Below, in pieces: positions 1 to 8,923 of a stretch of 25,290 nt of DNA. The stretch is from a virus (taxonomy: Duplodnaviria > Heunggongvirae > Uroviricota > Caudoviricetes), in the IMG/VR virus record IMGVR_UViG_3300042275_000481, positions 102,172 through 127,461 of that record. One strand, given 5' to 3'. The notes beneath the pieces are model-generated. The model was not told the DNA's origin. It saw nothing but the letters and a program-made list of their open reading frames with translations, and made no database searches. Position 1 is the stretch's first letter, and the number at the start of each line of letters is the position of its first letter. A program made the position numbers and the translations under genes.

Positions 1-608
1 TAGTGTCAATAACATAATTATTAAGATTTATAAACACTGAATCTGTATCACTTGCCACAACTGTTTTTCTCATATCTTTCATTACTCTTCTATATCTATC
101 TTCAAATATAACGTTTGAGAAACAGAATTCTACAATAATATTTCTGAACTCTTCAAGTCCTTCTTTCATTGCTTCTTCTGGTGATTCTTCATATTTATAT
201 TGAGATAAATCTTTGAATTTCTTTCTAAGATATGTACTGTCAAAGATAAACTCCATAACTTTATTTTTATAATAAAGTCTATTAATTTCTTCTGTACCTA
301 AACTCTTAGTGAACTTCAATAGCTGTTCCTTAGCTGTTGCCGACATTCTTTGTGTTTTACTAACGAAATAATCATATAATTCTTGACTATTCTTAGGAAT
401 ATCAACATATCTAAGTATTGTATCATCAATTTTTTCACTAAGTGTTTGTTCAACAAAGACCATAATATCGTCAAAATCTTTAAACTTAGTATTATCTGCC
501 AGAAAGTTTTCTAGCGAAATAATTGCAGTTGTTGTTAAATCTTGACCTGTCATTGTAATACTATTTTGAACGTGTGGGTTATAAAATACTGAATTTCTTT
601 CTCCTAAT
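1..608 (-). CDS. Family B DNA polymerase, exon 2 (partial; runs off the window start)
   Basis: Stop-free frame LGERNSVFYNPHVQNSITMTGQ...ENFLADN...VVASDTDSVFI containing motif C (DTDS). Splicing gives NSYYG-I-LGERNS in frame. Confidence 0.9.
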
Positions 609-709
609 CCTTAAATACCCTCGGTTTCCCGATATTTTCAGGGAGTAGACTATATCATACATCTTTCGATGTCGCTCCGTTTCGAATTGATCTAATCAAT
701 TCTACTCTA

Positions 710-1717
710 CTAACTTCTAGACATTTCTTTAATAATTTTTCCATCTTTTATTAAAGTAATATCCATGCTTTCGATAGTCGTTGAACTTTCATTGAAAAAT
801 TCGTTTAAAATATTATCTAAATTATCTTTTTCCCAATAAGGGATTCTAAGAAGTGTGGTATTTTTATCTTTACAATAGTTATTCTTTATACCATCATTTC
901 TTTTAGTTGCTAAATATTTTTCTTTTGTATATATACCTCTGAAGTTTCCATAAAAATGAAAATTTCCATCATATTCTATTAATGATATCACATTATTATC
1001 TGAATCTAAAATTGCAATATCAAATGGTAAATATTTTTGATATTTACAATCTTTAAATATATACTGTGTTTCAAATCTAATATTATTATCATTCAAATAT
1101 TTAGCAATAGATCTTTCACCAGTAGATCTAATTTTTCTTTTCTTATCACAAACAGGACACTTACCATCTTTAAGAAATTTTACAGGTTTAACATTAAACT
1201 CATATCCACATTTATTATGTTTCATTTTTATATATGTTAAATTTGTTTTATATTCTCCTAATACAGTAAAAGAATTTTTATATTTTTCAACAACTTCTTT
1301 TTTAAATTGAGATGTTGTTTTTTTAGGAGTTCCGTAACAATGTGGACATCCTGTACCTTTTTTCGTTCCTGTGCCTGCAAAATTTAAAGCATTTGTAGAA
1401 AATGTTTTTCCACAAATATTATGTCTAATAGTTATTTCTTTTCCTAAACCTCTATACTCAGAAATAACATCATAATCTGTACCATGTTCTTTTAAAATTC
1501 TTTCTTCATATTCCTTATGAGTAAGTTTTCTATTTCCAGTACAGTTCGGACATGTTTGAAATCTTAGAAAAACATCTGGTGTTGTTTTTCATTTATAACC
1601 ACATTCTAGACACTCAAACTCAATTTTAGTTTTAGTGTTTTTATATGGTTCATTTGTTTTAATTTTATTAGATAATATTCTTTTTTGAAATTCTTTTTCT
1701 GTCATCTTTTTTGGCAT
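710..1717 (-). CDS. Intron-encoded homing endonuclease: three Zn-ribbon repeats plus Vsr-like/EDxHD PD-(D/E)XK domain; 335 aa if TGA=Trp
   Basis: RBS AAGGAGG, ATG at 1717, one in-frame TGA at 1589-1591 (CGYK*KTTP), then continuous into the listed 171-aa ORF. Repeated CG.(W/F)...CPxC units and FDIAIL...IEYDGNFH. Confidence 0.85.
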
Positions 1718-1864
1718 AAGAATTTCCTCCTTTTTCAATGCTTAGCTGCTGATTGCCCAATCTTTCAAATTTTTAAACATTCACGCTTATCTTTACAGAT
1801 TACGTTGTAGTTTTGAAAGCTCTAAGGGGTTTCCAGCAATTAGAAGCGTTTTTCATTAGAACTT

Positions 1865-1876
1865 TAATTAATTGTT
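1865..1876 (-). promoter_or_regulatory. AACA-N6-TA late-promoter-like motif inside the intron, upstream of the intron endonuclease
   Basis: AACAattaatTA. Confidence 0.6.
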
Positions 1877-1901
1877 CTAAATCAGGGACTATATTTTTTT
1901 A

Positions 1902-2359
1902 ATCCCATAATAGGAGTTAGCTAGCACTTTATATGTTAACTGTAGAATCTTGTAGTATATATACTGGTCTGAGCCGTATGGACTCGCTTCCATTTTCTTT
2001 TTATATACTTTACGAGAGTCTAGTAGAAATTTAAGTGCCATCGAACCGATATTTACCGAGTTCTTTTGGTCTTTGTATAATACTGCGTATCCAGATAAGA
2101 TATATTCAGTATTTAGGAATAAGTCGATAAACTGTTCCTGTGTCATCACAAGATTTTCGTTACTGGTATTTGAATATAAACGTCCGTTAGCTAAACGGCG
2201 TTGCTCATATTTTGACAAGAGTAATTGTTTAAGTTCTTCGTTGCTTACTTCTTCTTTTGTATATATCTTCCTCAATCGTGAGAACTGTTCTTTGAGCCAT
2301 AACTGTTTGAAGGTTATATGTTTAGAATAGTCTCTATTTTTTCTAATTTCCAAATTCAT
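1902..2359 (-). CDS. Family B DNA polymerase (phiKZ/AR9-type), exon 1
   Basis: RBS GAGGAG then ATG at 2359. Encodes SGY..LY, R..YKKKM and motif B QLTYKVLANSYYG. The frame runs into a group I intron after GGG AT. Confidence 0.9.
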
Positions 2360-2383
2360 CGTGTCACTCCTCGTTGTCAATTT

Positions 2384-2923
2384 TTATTTCAGCATAAGCC
2401 ATAGATAAATATCTTCTGGTAGATTTGGATTCATTCTTAAATCTGTGTAACAACATTCCATTTCTTTGATTCTATCTTCTGTATTCATATCTCTAATTCC
2501 ATACAGAAAATCTTCAAAACCAGTGAGTAATTTTGCTACATCGTCTAAGTCAAGTTGGTCGTAGTCAGTGAATACTAGTTCATATACTCTCATATCTAGC
2601 ATATACACTAATCCGTAAACTTCTCCCTCTACTTCTACCTCTTCATATTCATAGTCACTTTCTGTTAAAATACGTCTTTCTTTAAATAATATATTAAGTC
2701 GTCTATCATAATCAATAGTTCCTTTTTTCTTAAAGAATGAAATATAAAGTTTTTGTATTTCGTACATAGGTGAAATATATTTATCAATTTGAAAATAAAC
2801 AGAATCATCTTTAAGATAGTTATCTATAAGCGGAGAATTATTAATATAATCCGAAACTACTCTTTCCAACAACTCATCATCATTAAAATACATGTCAATA
2901 ACTTCTTGCATAGCTAGTTTCAT
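2384..2923 (-). CDS. Hypothetical acidic protein, 179 aa
   Basis: ORF with AAAGGAG RBS, tightly packed in the operon upstream of the polymerase; no family recognised. Confidence 0.8.
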   Translation of the reverse strand: MKLAMQEVIDMYFNDDELLERVVSDYINNSPLIDNYLKDDSVYFQIDKYISPMYEIQKLYISFFKKKGTIDYDRRLNILFKERRILTESDYEYEEVEVEGEVYGLVYMLDMRVYELVFTDYDQLDLDDVAKLLTGFEDFLYGIRDMNTEDRIKEMECCYTDLRMNPNLPEDIYLWLMLK

Positions 2924-2940
2924 ATAATTCTCCTTTCTTA

Positions 2941-3513
2941 TTAAATATTTTCTATAACTTTTTTCATTTCCTTAATAAATCTTCCTCTATTTTTGAGGAA
3001 ATTTCTTTCTTCTCTTCCTAAATCACCAATATAATGTCCTTGCATTATTAATAGTGGATTATATCCAAAAGTTTCTGCATCTGGATTGACGTGCTCTTCA
3101 TAACCGATTTGATATTCATTTCTAACTTTTGCATGTGCTATAATCTCTCCTTGTGGAGTAGCAAGTGCAAAGTTATTGATTAGATAAGCATTTCTATCGG
3201 TTTTACCTTCCATTAGTTTCAATACTTCCATTCTCTTTTCGTGCCATGTTCCTTCCATCCATCTATTAGCGTGGACTCCTGGGAAATAATCTAATGCACG
3301 AATAAAGAAGCCTGTATCTTCGCCAAGGGCAATCATTCCTGTTTGTTTAGCTCCACATATTGCTTTTGATTCTGCATTCTTTTCTAGAATTGGCGAGTCT
3401 TCTATGAGGTCTAACTCACCATGAAATACTAAATCAATTCCATGTTCAGCAAACATGTCGACTAATTCATCATATTTTCCTCTGTTATTTGAGGCTAGTA
3501 ATACTTGTATCAT
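2941..3513 (-). CDS. rdgB: HAM1/RdgB-family (ITPase-fold) nucleoside triphosphate pyrophosphatase, divergent
   Basis: LLASNNRGKYDE, E....LEKNAESKA, EDTGFFIRALDYFPGV, FGYNP. The canonical SHR motif reads KNR. Confidence 0.88.
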   Translation of the reverse strand: MIQVLLASNNRGKYDELVDMFAEHGIDLVFHGELDLIEDSPILEKNAESKAICGAKQTGMIALGEDTGFFIRALDYFPGVHANRWMEGTWHEKRMEVLKLMEGKTDRNAYLINNFALATPQGEIIAHAKVRNEYQIGYEEHVNPDAETFGYNPLLIMQGHYIGDLGREERNFLKNRGRFIKEMKKVIENI

Positions 3514-3530
3514 TATGCACTCTCCTGTTG

Positions 3531-4064
3531 TTATTCTTGATCTTCTATTACTGCTTTCATTAATTCTAGCATTTCTTGTGGATCTTTACACTTTACAAAT
3601 TCGTTTATAACAAAATTTTTGTATTTAAGTGCTTGATCGCTTTCCTGATAATTGTTATATGCTCTAAACGTATTAACAATTGCAGGAACTGCTTGAAGAT
3701 TACTTGGAATATTATTAAATTTTTTTCCATCTAGATGGTCTACATGGTGTGTGTTAGGAAACTCTCCATTCCAAGCCCAACAAACTAATCTGTGAGCTGA
3801 GTCTGAAACTTTTCCAGCTCCTCTTAATTGAACTAATACATAACCCTTTATAGTTACACTACTCTGGGCTAGTTCCATTTCAACTTCGAGGTCACTAATA
3901 AATTTAAAATAATAAATATCCAGTTCTTCACCTGGTCCTGTACTACATTTTCCGACAAATAGATTTCTATTTACATTATGCCTGTATTGTCTAATATTCC
4001 CATCAGGGAATTGTATAGTGTATGTTTTAGTAAGGACGTCATTATCAAGTATTTTACATATCAT
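3531..4064 (-). CDS. Free-standing HNH endonuclease
   Basis: AHRLVCWAW...VDHLDGKKFNNIPSNL HNH signature. The ATG at 4064 has an AGGAG RBS; the ORF track starts at 4088. Confidence 0.85.
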   Translation of the reverse strand: MICKILDNDVLTKTYTIQFPDGNIRQYRHNVNRNLFVGKCSTGPGEELDIYYFKFISDLEVEMELAQSSVTIKGYVLVQLRGAGKVSDSAHRLVCWAWNGEFPNTHHVDHLDGKKFNNIPSNLQAVPAIVNTFRAYNNYQESDQALKYKNFVINEFVKCKDPQEMLELMKAVIEDQE

Positions 4065-4117
4065 TGTCATTCTCCTTTTCAAAAGCATAAGCTACCAGTT
4101 CACTCATACTCAATGTT

Positions 4118-4129
4118 ATAATATATTAT
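4118..4129 (-). promoter_or_regulatory. ATATATTAT early-promoter-like motif ahead of the HNH-HAM1-polymerase operon
   Basis: Palindromic ATAATATATTAT in the intergenic gap; the AT-rich background lowers specificity. Confidence 0.45.
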
Positions 4130-4169
4130 TCTAAACCATTTTAAAGACTAAATTCTTAATAATAAACTA

Positions 4170-4201
4170 AAAAGAAAAAGATAACCTTTCAGTTATCTTT
4201 T
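4170..4201 (-). terminator. Intrinsic terminator after the 487-aa gene
   Basis: Stem AAAAGATAAC/GTTATCTTTT, 6-nt loop, U-run on the minus strand. Confidence 0.75.
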
Positions 4202-4221
4202 AAATTTTCTTATTATAATTA

Positions 4222-5685
4222 TTATCTAAATAAAGACTTTTTGAAAAGGTCCTTACTTCTGCTATTGATTGAGTTAGCATTCAAGATTGCTTCTTTAACA
4301 TCTTTCATTTCCCTAATATACATTCCAAGAGCTGTAAGACGAAGAGTAATAGTTTGACTTACGTATCTAGATGCTTCAAATAAGTCATTGATTTTCTTTT
4401 GATAAACTGGAGTATAAACTACATCACCAAAATTAGCAATTGACCTACGTTGTTTACCTAATTCGATAACAACCTTATTGAATTTATCGCCCATACGTTT
4501 TAAGCCTTTTTCTAATTTGCCAGCATCTTTAATTCTTGGTTCTAAAACATCAAGAATATTAATCATACGAGTATATGTTGCTGCACTATAGAATTTGAAC
4601 ATCTCACCTAAACCTTGAGAAGCAAGTAATTGTTTTTGAGTAATCCATTGAAGTGTATTAATTGCATTCTTTTGAGTTTCTGTATATGCACGTTTTAGTT
4701 GTTCAACATTAATCTTAGTTCTAATTAGATTGTCTCTAAGTTTTTCTTTATTGATAACATCAAGTTCAGTAAGTTTTCCTTGGAGAGCATAGGTTGGAAC
4801 TTTTCCAGTTGCAATAGTTCCCATTGTTTCTCTGAACAGTTCTAATAACAATTCTAAGTCCTCAGTTTCAAATAGATGCTCTTGATTTGAACCATAAGCA
4901 TTATCGAATAGATTTAAGAAATGGTCTAAAATTTGTTCTAGTTCTTGCATTTCTTTACTTACATCAACCATGATACCTTTAACTGTACTTGAATCTACTG
5001 TTCCAAATTCAGCTTCTGCAAGGAAATCTCCACTTGCTTCATATTGTAAGTTATCATTGAAAATTGTGCTAATAGATTCAAATTGTTTTGGGTCCATAAG
5101 AACTTGAGTAATTGGATTTGGTTTTCTACTTGTGTCGATTGGAGTACTAAAACTTTCGATACTCTTAGCTCTAGCAAGATTTAATTTTAAATCACCCTTG
5201 AAATCGCTCTTTGGATCAACTCCAAATAATCTTTGAATTCCATCAGTGAATGCTTGAATGAATTTTTTAACAATATTAGTTAACCACTCAATAAGTGCTT
5301 GTAAGAAGAAAATAATATTTTGTGGGAACTTCATATCAGTAATTTTAGTAAGTGTTACATTACCAACTTCTGGTTTATAAACTGGAGCTCCTTTACCAAT
5401 CATTCCAATAAGATTCTTAATAGCATCAAGATTTCCAGAAAGACTAAAATCGCTGTCAATTTCTTTCTCTACGTCTCTTTTACCAACTCTATCAGTCATA
5501 GCCTCATTTAATAGACCTTCTGATAAAGCATATAAACGGAAATATTCTTGAACTACTTGAAATGATTTTTCAGCTTCTTTTTGGCTTTCTTGAAGGGCTT
5601 CAAATGCATCCACAAAATTCTTTTCAGCTTCTTCTTTTAGATATTCTTCATATCCTTGTTTGAACGCTTCATTTAAATTAAACAT
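4222..5685 (-). CDS. Hypothetical 487-aa helical protein, probable internal head/virion protein
   Basis: Strong RBS, directly downstream of the prohead protease, N-terminus rich in L-x-E motifs (LNEA twice, LKEE, LQES, LSEG). Confidence 0.55.
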   Translation of the reverse strand: MFNLNEAFKQGYEEYLKEEAEKNFVDAFEALQESQKEAEKSFQVVQEYFRLYALSEGLLNEAMTDRVGKRDVEKEIDSDFSLSGNLDAIKNLIGMIGKGAPVYKPEVGNVTLTKITDMKFPQNIIFFLQALIEWLTNIVKKFIQAFTDGIQRLFGVDPKSDFKGDLKLNLARAKSIESFSTPIDTSRKPNPITQVLMDPKQFESISTIFNDNLQYEASGDFLAEAEFGTVDSSTVKGIMVDVSKEMQELEQILDHFLNLFDNAYGSNQEHLFETEDLELLLELFRETMGTIATGKVPTYALQGKLTELDVINKEKLRDNLIRTKINVEQLKRAYTETQKNAINTLQWITQKQLLASQGLGEMFKFYSAATYTRMINILDVLEPRIKDAGKLEKGLKRMGDKFNKVVIELGKQRRSIANFGDVVYTPVYQKKINDLFEASRYVSQTITLRLTALGMYIREMKDVKEAILNANSINSRSKDLFKKSLFR

Positions 5686-5697
5686 GTGAATCCCTCC

Positions 5698-6528
5698 TTA
5701 TAAGTTTCTAATTCTGTATCTGATATCTTTTAAGATGTAATCTTCTAATACCACTTTTTTATTTTCATTTCCATTTTCTAATAATCCGAATTTGCCATCA
5801 ACAGTAAGTTTATCTGCAGGATCATACAAATATGCTTCGTTAAGAGGTTTAATTTTCTTGTGGAAGTGTTGTGCATAGTCTACAAATACTTTTTCTTCTT
5901 CATTAATTGGTGTTAATTTTCCTTCTTCAAATAATGAAACTGATTCTGTTAATGCCATTTGTTGTGGACCTTGTCCGAAGAATGCATATTGTGTTGCTTC
6001 ACAAATTGATTCTAAGAATGCTTTATCATGAGATGGATTAACTACCCAGTCATAAGTTGCGATTTGGATTGGTGCTTCAACAATTGTCGCATTAAGTTGT
6101 GGGTCTCTATGAACATTTCCTTGAGCTCTTAATGAGAATGCAACTCTTGAACCTTGTTCGATAAGACCTTTCATATCTCTGCCGATCGCCGTGTTCGCTG
6201 TTTCAAGTCTAGCTTTTAGAAGATTACCTTCCCACCAGAATTCTTTAACGATTGCAGCAATGTTACGTTGGTCGATTGTCATTTGTCTTTGTACAGATGG
6301 ATCAGAAGGATGTCCAGCTTCGCAGAAAAATGATTTTGTTCTTAGTCTTTCTTGTACATATGGACTATTTAATGCTTGTTCTAATACAGATTTATAGTAA
6401 ATGCGTCCATTACGATTTGGTCTATCTGCTTCCTGCATTACAGCAACGAATTCGATTGTGTCTTTATTTTTTCTAGAGATTTGAGGTTCAGCTGAAATTG
6501 CAGATTCTTGAATTAAAAAGTTATACAT
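5698..6528 (-). CDS. Prohead protease (T4 gp21-like)
   Basis: QEADRPNRNGRIY, EAGHP (His), AFSLRAQG (Ser), TYDWVVNPSH; late-promoter motif upstream. Confidence 0.9.
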   Translation of the reverse strand: MYNFLIQESAISAEPQISRKNKDTIEFVAVMQEADRPNRNGRIYYKSVLEQALNSPYVQERLRTKSFFCEAGHPSDPSVQRQMTIDQRNIAAIVKEFWWEGNLLKARLETANTAIGRDMKGLIEQGSRVAFSLRAQGNVHRDPQLNATIVEAPIQIATYDWVVNPSHDKAFLESICEATQYAFFGQGPQQMALTESVSLFEEGKLTPINEEEKVFVDYAQHFHKKIKPLNEAYLYDPADKLTVDGKFGLLENGNENKKVVLEDYILKDIRYRIRNL

Positions 6529-6572
6529 ATTTATTCCTCCTTTGAATTCTATTATTCATTTTTAATTTCATA

Positions 6573-6584
6573 TAATTTATTGTT
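6573..6584 (-). promoter_or_regulatory. AACA-N6-TA motif upstream of the prohead protease
   Basis: AACAataaatTAtatgaa. Confidence 0.75.
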
Positions 6585-6601
6585 TAATAATTACAATATT
6601 T

Positions 6602-7243
6602 TTAATTTAAATACTCTCATTTATGACCTTTACATGAGGGTCTTTTGCCCCTGCAACATTCTATAATGTGTGAATTATTAAATAAACCAAAATACTTAGC
6701 TGCTTGATTTGCAGATTCGAATTCAACTATTTCCCCTGTCTTAAGATTAATACCTTTAACACCTCTAGATGCTGGATTATCGCTCCCAAACATAGCATTT
6801 TCAGTATTAATTTTTCTTAATTTTTCAATAGTTTCTTCTTTATGTTTTTTTCCATACATTGGATTACCTTCTCCGCTTACCATTTCACTATATCTTTTTC
6901 TCTCTTCGTCTGATACTTTAAAATTTCCACCTTTTCCAACTTTATTATTATATCCAAATTTTCTATTGGTTGTATTATACTCCTTAGATATATTAAATTC
7001 ACTCTTTAATGCCTCATTTAAGGATAGATCTTCTAATAATATTTCATGTTCAAAATTTTCTCATCCGTACTTTTGTATAGAGTTTCAAAAGTGTGTATCT
7101 CTACTATATTTATACCCATTCCCATCTTTCCCCCACCTAGCCTCAGGCTTCTTAGATGTAATTCCAATATACTTTTTACCATTAATCTTATTAGTGTGCA
7201 TATAAACCACAAATCTTTTATCTTTTTGATGTCTCCCTTTCAT
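6602..7243 (-). CDS. GIY-YIG homing endonuclease with NUMOD3/NUMOD1-like C-terminus; 213 aa if TGA=Trp
   Basis: RBS GAAGGAGG, ATG at 7243. VVYMHTNKINGKKYIGIT...RWG, HF*NSIQKYG*ENFEHEIL, FGYN, GEGNPMYGKKH, KGHK*EYLN then TAA at 6602. TGA codons at 7085, 7061 and 6617. Confidence 0.9.
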
Positions 7244-7267
7244 ATGGGTGCCCTCCTTCATATATAT

Positions 7268-7279
7268 TAATTAATTGTT
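7268..7279 (-). promoter_or_regulatory. AACA-N6-TA motif upstream of the GIY-YIG gene
   Basis: AACAattaatTA. Confidence 0.65.
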
Positions 7280-7306
7280 TATACTTAGCACCAAAAAAAA
7301 AAGAAT

Positions 7307-7705
7307 CTATTCAGATTCTTTTAATATATCGTCTATTTCACTTTCAATTTCACTAACCTGTTCTGAAGTCAGTGTATTCGTTATATCCGACAGAACATTA
7401 TCTATCTTCTCAACTTCATTAGTCAGATTCTCTGTACTATATGTTATTCCGTTGTAAGTAAACGTCCCACCAGTTTCATCAAGATTTTGAAGTTGTCCCT
7501 GCAAATCATATAGCTTAGCTGCTTCTATTTCAGCCAAGTCTTCAGCCTCATACATCAGAACTTCTAATCCCTCCAACTTTTCACCAATATAATTTCCAAC
7601 AACAGTTAGTTTATTACTAACATAAGATTGTTGATCTGAACTTAATTGGTCATATAAAAAGAAGGATAGTATTAAAATAATAAGTATCTGTATTATCTTT
7701 TTCAT
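7307..7705 (-). CDS. Hypothetical protein with N-terminal membrane anchor/signal and acidic helical body, 132 aa
   Basis: RBS GGAGG then MKKIIQILIILILSFFLY hydrophobic segment; the ORF track starts at 7717. Confidence 0.75.
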   Translation of the reverse strand: MKKIIQILIILILSFFLYDQLSSDQQSYVSNKLTVVGNYIGEKLEGLEVLMYEAEDLAEIEAAKLYDLQGQLQNLDETGGTFTYNGITYSTENLTNEVEKIDNVLSDITNTLTSEQVSEIESEIDDILKESE

Positions 7706-7718
7706 ATTTACCTCCATT

Positions 7719-7741
7719 AAAAAAAGAAACCCGAAGGTTCC
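7719..7741 (-). terminator. Intrinsic terminator with UUCG loop
   Basis: GGAACC-UUCG-GGUUUC followed by U7. Confidence 0.8.
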
Positions 7742-7744
7742 TTT

Positions 7745-8074
7745 TTATTTATTCCAATCTTTTAGTAAATCCTCAAGTGGTTTATGAGTATACATTCCAT
7801 CGAAAGGATCTTTTTCTCGAACTTTTTCTTTGCGTCTGATCGGCATAACTTTATGCACTACACTGGAAACAGTTCTAAATTTTAGAGGCTGGTCACTGTT
7901 TTTAACCTCTACAATTTTTTCAATGATAGTTGGAAGTGCTCCATCAATACCATTGTCAATGTATTTGTGACCTAAACGATAGCCGATAATTACCGCTTGT
8001 TCATCACTAATACCCTTTTCTTTTAATAGGCTCTTAACCTCTTCATTCAATAAATATTCGTCTTTTCTATTCAT
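7745..8074 (-). CDS. Hypothetical protein, 109 aa
   Basis: GGGAGG RBS, in operon, followed by a UUCG terminator. Confidence 0.75.
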   Translation of the reverse strand: MNRKDEYLLNEEVKSLLKEKGISDEQAVIIGYRLGHKYIDNGIDGALPTIIEKIVEVKNSDQPLKFRTVSSVVHKVMPIRRKEKVREKDPFDGMYTHKPLEDLLKDWNK

Positions 8075-8087
8075 AATAAATTCCTCC

Positions 8088-8651
8088 CTATTTTCTTTTT
8101 TCTGTTGTAAATAGTTCTACAGTTTTATTTACATACAGTGTTTCATCGCCTGCTGCTTCTACAGCCTTTCTAATACGTTTTTCAGGTTCTTCCCCTTTTG
8201 TAGTATTTAATGAACCGGCAGCAACCTCAGCACCTGATCCAATAAAGAAATGTTTTCCTTCTTGAAGTTCTTCCATATAACCGGATCTATCAATTAAAAA
8301 GCAATTATCTTTATACGCAATAATAATTGTTGAAGGTAATGATTCATCATCCATACCTGTATGCTTGTATTTCTTAAAATATTCTAGCATTTCAAGATAC
8401 CAATCATTTACTAGATATTTCATATTTACCCTACCTGCAAGAACATGCATTTCATCAAATAACTTTTCTTTGTATTTCAATAGTACTGCGGTTCTTGCAT
8501 AACCTACTACTCCTACAACTAGGTCTTCATCTTGTGGATGCTTAAATAATTTAGCCTCAGCTGTACTGAGTTTTAGATTTCCATAAGAAATCTGTGTGTC
8601 GGCACCTATATAGATTTTACCCTTTTCTTTAATTGCAACTACTACGCTCAT
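8088..8651 (-). CDS. Proteasome-beta/HslV-like Ntn-hydrolase
   Basis: N-terminal M-S-VVVAI....IYIGADTQIS and conserved IGSGAEVAAG. The predicted nucleophile is Ser rather than Thr. Confidence 0.8.
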   Translation of the reverse strand: MSVVVAIKEKGKIYIGADTQISYGNLKLSTAEAKLFKHPQDEDLVVGVVGYARTAVLLKYKEKLFDEMHVLAGRVNMKYLVNDWYLEMLEYFKKYKHTGMDDESLPSTIIIAYKDNCFLIDRSGYMEELQEGKHFFIGSGAEVAAGSLNTTKGEEPEKRIRKAVEAAGDETLYVNKTVELFTTEKRK

Positions 8652-8653
8652 AT

Positions 8654-8911
8654 TTAATCCTCCTTATTTTTCTCTCTTATTTTATTTTTTGCATACGTTT
8701 CAATATACAATTCTGGATCTTGATTATATTCATACATATCTGCAGTATCATTACGCAATTCCATTTGATGCGTTACTTTCCCACAATGCACACAATATAA
8801 ATCTTTAACGTGACCTTTTTCTCTTGATCTTTTTCGATGGATAGGTATTCCCATTTTACCACATTCAAGGCATATAAAATTACTTGCCTCTGTTTTAACT
8901 TTTTTTCCCAT
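8654..8911 (-). CDS. Small basic zinc-ribbon protein (CxxC...CxxC), 85 aa
   Basis: FICLECGKMGIPIHRKRSREKGHVKDLYCVHCGKVT; strong RBS. Confidence 0.75.
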   Translation of the reverse strand: MGKKVKTEASNFICLECGKMGIPIHRKRSREKGHVKDLYCVHCGKVTHQMELRNDTADMYEYNQDPELYIETYAKNKIREKNKED

Positions 8912-8923
8912 ATGGTAAACCTC

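Larger units (their letters stand above)
609..1901 (-). mobile_element. Group I intron (IA-like) in DNA polymerase motif B
   Basis: P1 is exon GGGAU paired to GUCCC with a U.G wobble. Core elements: P AAUUGCUGGAAA (1830-1841), Q AAUCAGCAG (1746-1754), R GUUCAACGACUA (775-786), S AUGAUAUAGUCU (647-658). P3 CGCUUC/GGAGCG, GAAA-capped P8 and P9 hairpins, terminal G at 609. Excision restores the polymerase frame. Confidence 0.93.

Noticed and set aside
710-1901. Intein in the DNA polymerase
   Set aside because: The exon-1 frame hits TAG at 1889, the endonuclease has its own RBS, no intein N- or C-terminal motifs are present, and group I RNA elements are complete.
7307-7705. Holin or spanin call for the membrane-anchored protein
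   Set aside because: A single N-terminal hydrophobic segment, no endolysin or lipoprotein partner nearby, and it lies in an apparent early cassette.
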